Part shown: positions 27,871-41,560 of the stretch, one piece after another
How the letters are laid out: every line of letters begins with the position of its first letter
How positions within the stretch are numbered: the first letter of the stretch is position 1
NCBI RefSeq assembly: GCF_026210795.1
Contig: NC_089434.1
Location: 3,906,001-3,970,000, forward strand
DNA from: Rhizophagus irregularis
Lineage: Eukaryota
Reading direction: 5' to 3'
Length of the DNA: 64,000 nt
Position numbers and translations under genes: made by a program
The notes under the pieces: model-generated
What the model saw: only the letters and a program-made list of their open reading frames with translations
The model's database searches: none
What the model was told of the DNA's origin: nothing

Positions 27871-29434
27871 CCCTATAAAAAAATTGGATACGTTTTTTAT
27901 AAAGTTTTTATACGATTTTTTTCCTTAGAAATAACGTATCATAATAGGATACGGAAAAATGCACAATTCCTTATCACTAAAAATATGGTTTGGATACGGA
28001 ATTTGCACGGAATTCATATGGAATTTACATGATTTGATCACTGATTTTATCACGAAATTTATACGATTTGGTCACTGAATTTATTATTTGTATTACAGTT
28101 TACTATAATTATATTTATATAAATCTAATTTTACTTTATTAAATTAAATAAAAAATAAAAAATAAACAAAATACAAATACATTATGAAAATTCCCTCCTT
28201 ATTAAGGCCACCTATTGCAACCAAAATTATCTATAAGTTCAGGTTCATTTGGAGTCAAACAACCTAAAAAAAAAAACAAAAAAGAACGTCTAACTTAATT
28301 GGAAACAAAACCCCCCTTCATATAGTATCTGCAATCGTCCAAGTCACCAAAGGTCAGTATTCCTACAAAAAAAGAAAGAGAACTCCAGAATGTCTGACCT
28401 ACATAAATGAAAAGAATTATGAAGCATCTGATGAAAAAGAAACCAAAACAACAAAATAAATCCAAAACTGACCTACAAAAAAAGAAGACTCTGAAGCAAC
28501 AAAACTGAAACAACCTACAAAAAGAAAAGAATCTGAACCCAACTTAAAAAAGAAAATTTGAACTGACCTAAAAAAAGAAAAAAATCCTGAACAATCCTAC
28601 AAAAAGGAAAGGACTCCCAAACTGATCTACAAAAAAACTGAATCTTCTCACAAAAAAAAATCTGCTGGCCTATGAAATAAAAAAAGGGATAAATATAAAT
28701 AAAAAAGAAAGGGGAATAAAGAATAAATCAAAAAAAAATATTTTTTTAAAAAGAGGGTAACGAAGTTAGGAGAGTTAAGAAAAATTTTTTTTTTAAAGGG
28801 AGGACGTCAAAGTTAGAAAAATAAAAAATTTTTTATAAATAGGAAATAGAAATAGAAAGAAGAAAATTTTTAGAAGAGTGGGAATAAAAGAATAAAATCA
28901 ACAAAATTTTTTTTTTTTAAGGGGGTGACGAAAAAAAAATTTTTTTTTTAGAGAGTGATGAAAAAGAAAAATTTTTAAAGTGAGGCACGAAAAAAAAAAT
29001 TTTTTTTTAAAGGGGGGTGACGAAAAAAGAAGAAAAATTTAGAAAAAATAACAAAAATAAGACAAGAGAAAAGAGAAGAAAAGGAAAGACAGAAAGGAAG
29101 ATCGGAAGATCAAACTCATCAAAGTAAGGGTTTATATAAAAACAAAAAACGTATCATAACAAAACAATAAACAATCACGTGATCTCGTGTTATGATACGA
29201 GATTTTTGTAAAATTATTTTCTAAAAATATTAAGTTTAAAAATTCCGTATACATTCCGTATGATTAATTTTTTCCGTATACATTTCTTATACTTTTCTTA
29301 TACATTAGTTTTTTTAAAAAATGTTCAAAAATGAATTGCTTATTAAATATACGGAATTTGTATACGGAATCTATAGAAACGTACATAAAATGTATACAAA
29401 ACGTATCCTTTCCGTATACATATTTCTTATAGGG
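27871..29434. mobile_element. Non-autonomous CMC/CACTA-like DNA transposon, 1.56 kb
   Basis: Termini CCCTATAA and TTATAGGG with a CTT 3-bp duplication on both sides; many subterminal ATACGGA/TCCGTAT motifs at both ends; interior of short degenerate repeats, no transposase. Confidence 0.8.
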
Positions 29435-29519
29435 CTTTAATCCCTTATTATAACCTCACCATTTGTATACTTAAAAAATTATAATAATAATTATGATTTA
29501 ATAAAAAAATTTTTGTAGA

Positions 29520-32355
29520 TCAATCAACCCTCTAAATATTCACGCAATATTCAGGTACCTGATGTTTTGAAGAAACTTTTTCACGTCGATTAATAGACCA
29601 AAATTTACAGTAACGAAACGTTCATATAAAACCTTATATTTTTACTAAAAAACTTATTAAATAAATACAAATAAACCCGTTCCACGACGTGAAAAATTAT
29701 ATCTACTACCAACACTTCAAGCAAAAGAAAAACGAGAAATTCTAATAAAGGCTCGTCCAATTTCACTGACGAAGATATATTATGCTCCATATAACAAAAA
29801 TAACAAAACCGATCAAAATATCAAATATAAACAACAAAAATTAGATACTGATAATATAGACGCCCCTACGGATAGAACTCAAGATATAGATGTTCAAGAA
29901 CTTCATCCATTATCGACGAAATACTCATTCCTTCGGAGATTTCTGATAGATCACATGATCAGATTGTTCATCAATCAATCAACGTAGAAATTCAAAAAAC
30001 TTCTATTCCTGGAAATCAACAAAATCCTACTAAGTACTAACCATAAACAGAAAGAAAAAGAATACATGATGAAATAGAAATCAATATAAGGAAAACTCTT
30101 CACACAACGTTATACATGAGGGCGTTCATTCCTTTCCTAAAGAATGGACATACCACGACATAGAAGAAATGCTTTTTGTCAGTGAAAGAGACTTTAAAGT
30201 CTATCGACGATCATACATGTCATTTATATTTTTTGTCATACAATTTCAAACAAAGAAGAATATATCAACGAACATCATGTCGATGTGAATACATTATTCA
30301 AATCTAAATTTGAAAATCATGATAACAATATCATAAAAGTCTTGGAATTAATAGTTCAGCACATAACGAACATAACAAGAAAAGAAATTAAATCTTATAA
30401 ATAAATCATCAAACGATCACCTCCTAAAAATCTCAATTACCAAAAAGTCAAAAAGTCAACAAGATCACAACATCGACCTTCCCGCACTTGATCCAATACG
30501 CGAAGGCCACAATACAAACAAGCCATTAAACATTTTGAAGACGAAACTGCGATAGATTTCCTATATGACACCGATGGAGTTTAATTATTGAAAATTTTTC
30601 TATAAGAATCGTCCCGGGTAACACGCAACTAATTTATCCCACACCAATGAATGTCTCGCGCAACATCCAAATTGCTATACAACAAATCCATCACGCCCTT
30701 ACTATTAAAACCAAATTAATTACTTTAGCACAGAAGTTTAACGACTACTCTAACTTTCTTTTTTACACGGATGATTCGGTTAAACAAATAGGAACTCGAC
30801 AATGCACAAGTGGCTACAGTTGGATCCAAACTCATCCTAACACACCTAAACTCACTTTAAAGGATCAACTGGTTTCTTCCCATCGTCAACAAAAAGTGAA
30901 GCTATGGGAATTTTAACAGCTCTTATTACACTCCCTTTTAACGGCAATTATACTATTTTCAGAACTGTATCTTTACATCTACGAGAAAAGATTAAAATCT
31001 TCTGTGATTATTCCTTGACGAAAACTCGAACAAAATAATTTTTTAATTTGGGACTTAAGTGTATATGTCTATGTTCGGGAAGCCAAAAAATTAACATTGA
31101 AGAAAGTTAAAGCCCACTCTAATATCGAATTTAACGGAGAAGCAGACAAATTAGCATCAGCAGGTACTTTACTTGAGGACCCAATCATAGTAAACTTCAA
31201 ATTTTTCAACGCTACTTCATGCAATGGAACAATATATACATATTCGATCAGAATATCCGACAATCATGTATATTCAACTCTCTGATTAATAATTCAACTC
31301 TCAAACCTGTAGAACAACAAATACTAGATGGACAAGTGGATTGGACATATACTAAACAATAATCCTACAGACTCTCCTACTAGCGACAAATTATCACGCG
31401 TCTAAGGAACAAAATCAAAAAATTGACTTTTATTTACCCAACAGCGGACATTTTACAAAGAAATTACCCTAAACTTTACCCAATGGGACCCATACTATGT
31501 GTGGAATGCAAATCAGCTAACGATTCAAACCTTCACGCCCTCAACACTTCAACAACATTAAATTAGTACTACAAAAACAAGATATACTTATAACAATTTA
31601 ACAGAAAACGCCACAGGATTGACTTTCGACATCGTTGATCACGTCATCTTATCACCGCTTTTTAATGTCAAGGAAGAAGCCAACTCCCTTAACCAGCTAG
31701 TACCTATCACTAACCCTTGTATGCTCCTCTTCCACAACTTAATACCGTCATAATTAACCAGTCTATTCTATAACTATATAGGAAAACGTTCCATACGAGG
31801 CCCTTTACTCATAAATTACATCGAACAATTTATTCACGATCTTACACAGATAACTTGGGTGGGACGATCCAAATATTTCGAATCATGGGAATTATCACAA
31901 GGAATTACCAAGAAAAAGAAAAAGAGATATTACCATTATTTCAAAAATAACCGTGATACTAGAATATCAAATTCTAACGCCTCCCGAACGAATTCACGCA
32001 ACGTCAACAGTCCACATTAGATGGACCTCTAGTAATTTTTACATTCAGGTGCTTGATAGATTCTTTATTATTTGAAGATATATTTTTTTTACGATATATC
32101 GTGTTTTAGTAATTTTGATCATAGATAGTTTTTATTTTTTATTTTTATTTTCTCTCAACTTTCTTTTTTATCTTGGTTCGGGCGGTTACACCCGTAGGGT
32201 CACTAGGGTTGCACCCGCCACTTTTCTTTTATTTTTAACCAAGATGACACCGCCAATACGCAGTTTATTTTTCGATTCTAGTGTATAATTTCTGTGTAAT
32301 TTGTACTGTAACCTTGTTCACTTTGAGAAATAAAAATAAAAATAAAAAAAAATAA
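29520..32355 (+). mobile_element. Decayed non-LTR retrotransposon: ORF1-like remnant joined to RNase H and Cys-rich C-terminus, 3' UTR and A-rich tail
   Basis: RNase H motifs FYTDDSVK (about 30760) and KKVKAHSNIEFNGEADKLA (31100-31155); LQRNYPKLYP..ILCVEC..DSNLH; WTSSNFLHSG at 32022; ORF1-like KHFEDETAIDFLYD..SLIIENFSIRIVPGN near 30530-30620; A-rich tail 32328-32355. Many stops. The 5' boundary is approximate. Confidence 0.75.
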
Positions 32356-33476
32356 CGGGTTTGTAGGGTTTCTCAAATATTCACCTTCAACCAAGGTAAA
32401 ATAAATTCCGGTAAATCAATTAATCACCTATCTAAATATTAGAAGATTTCATTTGTAAATCAGTTTTTATTCCATGCAAAATCTTCTTTATCAGATCCGC
32501 GTGCCAATGCATATTGGCGTTAAATATTAATCTAACAAACTTGGACGAATTATTTCAAAAAGGGTTACTCTCGAGCTAGATGCGTAAAATTATCCCTATA
32601 AAAAAAAATTCTGGAAAAAACTCCGATGAATGATCATTTTTCTGAAAAATTTTTATCAGGTTAGTAAAATCTGAACTATTTTTTCACACTTTCACATGCA
32701 AAAAAAAATTCCATACCGTACCGACGTACCGTACTTGTGATACTGTCATGTGATCATCATGTGCCAGTTCGATGTTGCGAAACTTTGAAGTTTGACATGC
32801 TTAACTTGATTAACATGCCGAACATGATTGACATGTTAGATATGTTAAATTTATTAGTATATGTAACGAAATAAAGTTTTATTAAAAACAATAAAAGGTT
32901 ATCCTCACTGTTGTATATTGATAATTTTTATTGTGTGAAATCCTTTATTCGTGTTGCGCTATACTACACGTCTGATTGGATAGTTTTGATACACTGTTTA
33001 ATTATACACTATATAAACCTTTCTGCTTACCTAATAAAATAATTGCTTAATATTTTTAAGCGTAAAGAACTGATACAACAATACACATAACTTGATAAAA
33101 TTTCCAAAATATACGTACCGTACCATGCTGGCTCTATAACAATTATTGTTATTATTAACGTTCTTTTTTTTATTCTTTATTATTTGCGTATATATATTTT
33201 TTAAATAGTCTAATAGGGAAGAGAATAACGAATAAGACAAGAGTGTTTGGAAAATAGACCACGCGAAAAAGAATTAGAATTAAAAGTAAAACCTTATTAG
33301 AAGAAGAGGAAAGAAAAATCTTTAAAAAGAAAGTAATAATTTATTATTGTTACAATTTTTTATTTTATTATTTAATTTCAATAGTTCAATTTTTATCATT
33401 TTTTTTAAAAAAATAAATCATTCCAATCTAATTTTTTTTAATATGCCACCACAAAAAAATTTTATTTAAAAACACT

Positions 33477-33900
33477 TATCATAACTATAAAATAATAAAG
33501 AATACTGCTTAATTATGAAAATTTTTAGAGACATTTATTTCTCGAATGATATTCAAAGAATTGAAAACGATATGAAGTTATTATTTCTAAATTTACAAAA
33601 GAATCCTTGACGTTATATAGTAATATGGGTAATACAAAACACAACACTATCGTTTTCTCTTTATCTAGTGATAATATATATGTGTATCATAACTATAAAA
33701 TAATAAAGAATACTGCTTAATTATGAAAATTTTTAAAGACATTTATATTTCTCGAATGATATTCAAAGAATTGAAAACGATATGAAGTTATTATTTCCAA
33801 ATTTACAAAAGAACCCTTGACGTTATACAGTAATATGGTAATACAAAACACAACACTATCGTTTTCTCTTTATCTAGTGATAATATACTGTATATGTGTA
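33477..33900. repeat. Near-identical tandem duplication of about 210 bp
   Basis: TATCATAACTATAAAATAATAAAGAATACTGCTTAATT...TTATCTAGTGATAATATA starts at about 33477 and again at about 33686, with few differences. Confidence 0.95.
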
Positions 33901-36900
33901 TATAAAATAACCTAAATCTATATATAAAAAAATATCTCGTGTCAATACACTTGTAAATGCACCATATGAATCTCAAAGAACTTTTATCATTAACAATTAA
34001 TAGTTTAAATATCTCATATTCTAATTTTAAGAATCAGAGGTCAAATGTGTTATCTTTGAATAACACGTATAATTTCAAGTTTATTGTATTCTTGATGAAG
34101 ACGCTTGTCTCACAAGTTCTTCAATAACTTTTAAATATTTTAATAATTAATCGACGCGATTCTGCCGTAAAAATTCATGATGATTTTTAATTAAAATATT
34201 AGCATCGGATTTTATATCCGGATTATAAATATTCTCCAAGATATAATTCTGCGAGAAAATCTAGGATAAAGCGAAACGGGATGAATTGAAAGGAAAGAAG
34301 AAGGGTCGTATTATCCTGTATATCATCATGTTATGGACATTTCTAGTTCTAGTTGTAATGTATTTCAGAATAGATAAATTCATGAGCCATGATAAAAAAA
34401 ATTTTTTTTTTTTTATTATAAGTTTCTATCGGATTTTCAATTTCGGAATTTTTATAAACTAGGAAACGGGCCCAGTTTTATTAATTAAGAAATTAGATCT
34501 TCTAATAAAATCATCTTCTGGCTGAATAGCTTTTGATGATATTTTGATGCCCCAATGGGTCCACTTTGTTTGTGATAATCTTGAATCGTATTTTCTAATG
34601 GTGCGAATTTATTGTGCCCTAAGGTGTACACTAAAGAGTTCTCATTAGAGATTGACCCTATGAAAAGTTTTTGAGTTTTTTCCAGAAAAGTTTTCGAGGG
34701 ATGATATGAAAAGTTGATATGTATAAAAATTAATGGTTTATTATTACTAAACGTCATGGTTAAGATACTATGAGTTAATGAATTTCAAGAAAAAAGATAG
34801 CAAAAAATTTAGCATTTATATATTTATTTTGGAAGAATGCAAACTCCGATTTTATTTACGTATTTGGTATTGTTTCATTGAGTAATTCCGCCAAGACTTT
34901 AACCAACATAATAAAAATGCTTTTGTTCAAATATAATTACCGTGTATGTACTAGTTTAGAATACTCAGGAGCTAAGGTATTTGATCATAATTCAGGAGCT
35001 GCAATGATTAATTATAAATTAGGTAAATTCTTTGTTAGATTATTATGGTTAATAGTTTTATATTGAAAACACAATAATATAGAAATACAGTATATGATAC
35101 CCGTATATGTATTAGTTTAAAATGCGTTTTCCGTGTGATGCACAAAAGTCATTAATTCGTTATTAAAAAAGAATATTATAGTCAATGATTTTCTTAACTT
35201 GGAAAATTTTCCATTGATCCGATACTTCCGATACCGGTTTTTCATCTACAGTAGAAGAATCCAAAAGAATTTCTTTGTTATCAAAACTACCAATTAAGAC
35301 AATATACTCTTACAACATCAAGGAATGCTAATAAGATGATCAATTTTAAATTTTGATACAAAGAATTGAATGATTAATATTGATAATTAACCCAATAAGT
35401 TCGATATAAATAAATATTTACGTTAATTTATTTTAAATGATTTTCATCCAATCAATAGACGTTTAAAAGAAATTACTTTAATTATAAAGTTTCCTTTCCA
35501 TATTTAAGTTTTATAATAATTTTTACAATATAATCAAATAATTTATTTGAATTGATTTCACAATTAATATATCTAATATTAACAATTATTTAAGATTTTT
35601 TTTTTATTATTATTTTTTTTTTATGATCGTCGTCTAAAATCTACCTTTACGAAAGAGGGAATAAAAAATCTTGATAATTCCGTCAAAAAACGCGATTCAC
35701 GAAAATTATATAATTTCGAAAATTATTTTACAAATTACTATAATAATAAAAAAATATTTCATTATATGCAAATTTTTTGGATTGTTATTGGTTGTAAAAA
35801 TAGCAACAACTAACTTTCTATAGAATAAAAGACTCATGCTTTTTTTTTAAAAAAAAAAATACTAATAAATATTCATTTAGAACCTGCTGGAACCAAATAA
35901 GATATACGCAAAAAATTATTAATTAGATACATTTCTTGGCATGTTTCACAAATTCTAAATTATATATTTTCTTTATTCTTCTTTATTCTTAAATTCCTAC
36001 ATAAATTCAATAAATGAAAATTTATATTATTATATATTTTCTATTATTTACTATTGACTGATATTATAAATAATATAAATTAATTAAAATAATAAAATCA
36101 TATCACCATTAGAGGAAAAAAGTGTGATATATGATTCTGTTTATTATGGAATTTTATCTCCTGTAAATGCGAATGGCTAACGTAATGAAGAGATAAGATT
36201 TTTTTTTTTGTTTTGTTAGTAACACGCATTCCTTTATTATATTTGATGTAATATACATATAAAAAATAAGGTTAGAATAATAATTATATACACTATCTAC
36301 TAACTCATAATATGCGTTACGTAACATCATAATTAATAGATGATCAAATTGATCAATTATCCAGATGGAGTAAATTTGCAGATCCCCAGCTAAAACCCGT
36401 GATAATTTTCATAATTTTGGCCAAAGTCTGATAACGTCAGATTTCCTTTTTCGTTTTTGAACGAAGAATGGTAAAGACGTTCTATAGATTTGTTCCAAAC
36501 CTTTTAAAGGAATTACACAAAGAATGCAAAGAACAATAGGATCATCAAAGGCGTAAATTTATACGGTAATGAAATTCTGTAAAAGGAATAATAAATATGG
36601 ATTAAAAATAACTATTTTTGTTTCTTTATAATAAAAATATGTTGTTTATTTTAAATTGTTTAAATTAAATTAATTAAATAATTAATTTCAAATGACGTAA
36701 ACATATGTGAAACAAGTAAATAAATGTATCTCATGATTTTTATAAAATTTTACAATGAATTTTACTCAACACAAAAGACGTCATAGAAGCTTTCATAATT
36801 TTTATCAATAATTTATTTTACTTGATTACAAATGGCATTAATTTAATAATATTTTTTAAATAAGCTGCATTTCCAGAAACTCCGATGCATGTTGACGTTT

Positions 36901-37236
36901 CAAAACTGGTCACCTGTTTAGTGACTTTAGCCAATTTTTTTTTTTAAGAAAAAAAAGACCAATCTAAACGAAGTAACTTATCAAAGAAAAATGGTCAATG
37001 AGAATAAATTTAGATAAATTATTTATTTATATTTTTTTTCAAAAAAAAGGAGGTTGGTATTTTTTCTTTTTTTTTAAAAAAAAACAAAAAGGGATATATC
37101 GATATATCATAAAATTTCAAAATTTTGGAATTCTACGTTTTTACTATCGTAAAGAATTAAGTGTTGCTAGGTGTGACGTATCTGCATTACCCGTGACATT
37201 TATTTTCTTCCGCAGCTAAAATTAATTAACATGATC

Positions 37237-38060
37237 TTTATTTATTTTATTTATTTTATGTAAAATAGGAGAAATACAAAACACGATTCAAAGAATAAAA
37301 CGAACGGACACCATTATACAACTTCGTCCAAACCTTAACGGAGCGGACCCTCACTAGAAAAAGAGAAAAAAGAAAGAAACGGACCACCTATCCATACCCG
37401 ACCAGTACGACGATTCCAAAAAAAATTAATAAACCCGTATTTTTCTTTCGACCATAAGGCCGCCACTTGTAAATACTGTAAGAGGTGGAATGATTCACAA
37501 TATTCTAAATTGTTAAATGTTTTAAATGATGCAGATGAATGTTTTCTACGGGCCAGGGTGATACGACTCATTATATGAAAAGGAGTAACAATAAAAATTA
37601 ATTAATCTTCGACGGTCCAGCGGTCAGGGAGTCAACGGGGTAACTGGGTGTTAGACGCGTCTTCTTGGTCTGATGTAGAAACTCGGAAGGAGTGTTCTGT
37701 CGGTGCCTTTAGTAGTATTGGTGTTGATGTGGTGCGAAACATCGAAATATTCTAGTTGAATGCAGCATGTTCGGCTTGATTTTGTGTTTATTTGTGGCTT
37801 TTTTATGTTTGTTGGCGAGTGGTTATGGAAGACGTCTTGGAAATAAGTAAGGTCATCCGTAACAAGCTGACGACGCTCGAGATGTTTTGCAGTTGTGCCA
37901 TGATAAACGGCTTTGATTTTCTTTTCCTTTTCTTCAGCAATCGATTGTTATAAGAGCGTAGCTTCTCTAGCGAGACGTTGATCACGTTGATCTTCCTCGT
38001 CGCGTAAAACTTGTGCTCTTTTAAGCTTTATGTTCAATGAATTAAACCAGGCTTTACTAC
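37237..38060 (-). mobile_element. Probable truncated retroposon of another family (decayed ORF end, 3' UTR, (TAAAA)n tail)
   Basis: (TTTTA)n tract at 37237-37259, U-rich minus-strand UTR with GC-rich islands, and broken higher-GC coding-like sequence upstream (AVYHGTTAKHLERRQLVTDDLTYFQDVF). Confidence 0.45.
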
Positions 38061-38397
38061 CAGGGCCGTTAATTATGGCCATTCACATCATTTGATCATC
38101 GATATGAGCGCATTTTCGATAGACACACACCTTTACGAAAATCGGTTATATTAATCTAGTGAATTTACTTATCAATTAATTATGATTATTTTGTAAAGAG
38201 AGAGGAAGCAATAGTTTGAAAAACTCCATTACACTTAAATCGCCCGACTAAAATTGGACATTCCATTTCCGAATTTCTACGCAAAAACGGAGCTCTAAAA
38301 TATGTTAAATTATTGGCTAGAATTATTAGATTTTTTTTTTTAAAAAAAAAAAGATCAAAGCTTATTAATTAGAAATATTTTATAGCAATGTTATATA

Positions 38398-40690
38398 CTA
38401 GGAAAACGGAAACCGTCGGAGAGTCCGAAGCAGTATCGCAAGTAGCACAAAAATAAAATTTTAAACCAAAAATAAACGTATCACAAAAAAAGAAGTATTA
38501 TTAGATGAGGACGATAATCAGGATCACTTTTTTTTGTATCTAAAAAAAAAAATTATTTAATGCAAATTAATAACTATTTTCTCATGTAACCTCTTACAAG
38601 TTTTAACACGGCGGGAGTCTATCAAGAGATAACGGGAAAATAACATCTTTGAGAAAACAAATTTGAGATATAGCCACAAATGAGAGGCCGGCAGCAAATT
38701 CCATCTATTACGGCCTTTTTCAATGTAAGGCCCTGACTCTCATGTACAACGATCGCCCACGCAAGACAAACTGGGAGTTGCAAGCGTGAACAAGGGCCCT
38801 TTTTCCCTTCCCAAGAATGCCTAAACGGGACAACTGGAACGAGTTTTTTGTAATCAGTAGTCACTAGCAGGGCCTGAATAAGTGTCGAATTCCACCAAGA
38901 TTGCAATAGGAAAGAAAGGCGGGCCTTGATTTTCTTCGAAAACAATTTCTTGAACAACACCCACCGAACCATTAACCAAACCAGTGTCAGCCCATAAATT
39001 GACCTGAGCAGTGAACATTACCCTTAAATTTCTTGACAAAAGACCTTTAGCCACATCGGAATCTGCTTTACGAGCATCATTATCACCTGTATGAACGGTA
39101 TGAACGGAATTAGTTCTAGCAACAGGGGAATTCAAGGATCTGAGTTTATTAATGTTGAATTTACAGGGCATAATACAAGTGGAGTCGGAGAATCGAGCAC
39201 TTTCTAAGGATGCTAATACGTCTGGAGCATTAGAAAATCGCACATCTTCAATCGAGTCACCATCACGCAATCGCAATAGGAGATCTCTTGTTCTTCTGAA
39301 TCACCTGATTGAAGTTGGACAACACCAAGATAATAGACCTTACAAACTGACAATAAACAGACATAGCATCATTTGATAGGGAATCAAAACGTAGTACTTG
39401 AGAATACATCGGTTCATCAAGTACAGGCGGGAGTTGTCCAAAGTTACCGACCAAGATAACTGATCGTCCACCAAAGACTCGAATTCCGTATTTCTGGAAG
39501 GCTTGACGCAGACGTAAGTACCAAAGCAAGCATGTGACGACCGACCTTACTTTTTTATCAATAACGAAATAATACACATCATCTAATCTGCATTGTAATT
39601 TTCGTTGGTTAAATCAAAATTTTTGCTAGATAAGGGATAGAAAAAAACGAATTGATAGTCGAACTGTGAATGTTGAACGCTGTAGCACCAATAGGGACAA
39701 GCAGCATAACAGGGGAAATATTGACATCGTGAAGACGAGTAAGATCTTGAATTATCTTGATCAAATAAGATTTCCTGTACCAGCAGTGCCCATCACGATA
39801 AGTTTGACCAGATCAACGCATTCAGGGTTAGTAAGCAAGGTAGCGTAATGAGATTCAATTCTCTTGTATATGGTTTTCATTCAAAGATTAGGATCTACAA
39901 AATAATCAGGAACGTCAGCAACATTAGATTTGGCGAATTCGAGAGCTTACTGGATAAAGTTAGGAATGACAGCAAGATCGAGATTAGGGCGTACTCTAAG
40001 GTTGGCAAACCAATCACAATTTCGGTCGATATCGTGGAAACCCAAATCAGAAGCAATTTCAATCTCTGCATCAGGTCCCATCTCCGAAAGAATCATCCAA
40101 TCGGGCGTACATCATTCTCGTTATCGTCAGGATTTTCAAAATCCAGATCGTTCTCGTCATTAACAACAGTATCTTCTAGGATATCCAGAAGCATTTTCGA
40201 TGATTTCATGGTAACGTTCAAAGAGATCAGGTCAGGAGACAGAGTTATTCTTTTAGATCATGATGGCTAACATGGAGGAGAACTTTCATTGAGAGCCACA
40301 AAGCCATCGAGGAGCAAATTTATTGAGTTTAAAGAGACAAACTGACGCTGGAACGATAAAATGGAAAACCAATTAGTAGATGGCACGTCTCCTGAGCGAT
40401 ATATCACGCTTGGCAACATATCCGAGAACTAAGGAAGCTGAGAGGTTCTGATCTACTAGCGTATTTGGAAATGTAACTTAAGGCAACATTTAAATTAAGG
40501 ATAGGTTTCAAATCAACATTCGCACGCCAACCTTGAAGCTGTAAGCGATCATGAGGATTAACAAGAGGATCATTTCTTGTAGTAATAAGCTCATCTCGTA
40601 AGTACGTATTTTCAATGGTATCTTTCAGATAGCCAAACTTGTAATATTGACGTCCTGAGTAGTCAACACGAAGACAATAAGAAGGACTAT
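38398..40690 (-). mobile_element. Decayed Helitron-like element with PIF1-family helicase pseudogene
   Basis: Minus-strand remnants: RNDPLVNPHDRLQLQGWRANVDLKP, IVMGTAGTG (Walker A, frameshifted), FGGRSVILVGNFGQLPPV, NLWADTGLVNGSVGVV, QLPVCLAWAIVVHESQGLTLKKAVID. Downstream are small hairpins (38406-38428) and CTAG|T at 38398-38401. Confidence 0.8.
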
Positions 40691-41560
40691 AAGTTATACC
40701 ACCTATACCAGCATTATGTGTTTCTTTTATTGCCTCATTCTTTCGTCTAATGTAATTATATCTACTTCATTATAAATACTCTCATCAATTTCTTCTATTG
40801 GTTTATATATATATTGAGAAGAAGATTCTCACAATGTTACGATTTCAATAGATGATTCGGATGATGAACCCGTTGATATGGAAATTGATTATGACATTTC
40901 ACAACCTGCGACGTTTATCTCGAATCAACTAAAGTCTTGGACTACTGATACCGGACTTGAACCTGTGGTAAATAATACACCAAAAGAGCACTCCATTCTT
41001 CGTCTTCTATTAATTCTAATTTAATATCCTATTTCTTGTCCATTCTTCATAGTGTGTTGCAACCTTCTTTTTTATATTCCCTTTATTTACTTTATTCTTA
41101 ATCTATCATTTTCTTCTATCGCTATCGCATCTAATTTTATTTATTTTTTTTGTTTTTCTAAAATATTACTTATCGTTAAACCTAACCTATATCTTCTTCC
41201 AAATGTCTATATCTATCTATAATTTTGTCAAGTTTCGTTTGTATCTCATAATTTTCTTTCGTCATTTTCTTAATTGTCGCGTGATTCTTTAAGTTTATAC
41301 ATATTGATTTCTTCCATATCATCCGTTTTAAGTTTATTATATTTTTTTAATTAATGTGTTGATTTTATTATTCGTAGCACGTGAATTCCAATTAATTGTT
41401 TACTATATACTTCCACAGTTGTATTTTGTTTTTACGTTTCCTATTTTTCCAGTATTTTTCCTCATGATTCTCATTATCGCACCTTTAACTATATTTACTA
41501 TTTCCTTCAATATTTTATATAATTCTTCTAATTTTATATTCTTTGATTAATTAATTGTTT
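40690..41560 (-). mobile_element. Decayed LINE ORF2 fragment (region preceding the RT core), interrupted by an unrelated insert of about 160 bp
   Basis: Minus strand gives ISNILEKQKNKIKLDAI..., VATHYEEWTRNR and NIYKPIEEIDESIYNEVDIITLDEKNEAIKETHNAGIGGITY, resembling the pre-RT linker ending in a KAxGxxGI-type motif; many stops. Confidence 0.55.

Noticed and set aside
32713..33125. TACCGTACC motifs resembling the 13084 MITE terminus
   Set aside because: They are in direct, not inverted, orientation, so no element boundaries can be defined.
34485..35340. Possible alpha/beta-hydrolase pseudogene on the minus strand (HFYYVG*SLGG)
   Set aside because: One broken motif among many stops is not enough to support a call.
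39848..40270. Plus-strand ORFs of 60-140 aa over the Helitron region
   Set aside because: They are antisense shadows of the minus-strand helicase pseudogene.
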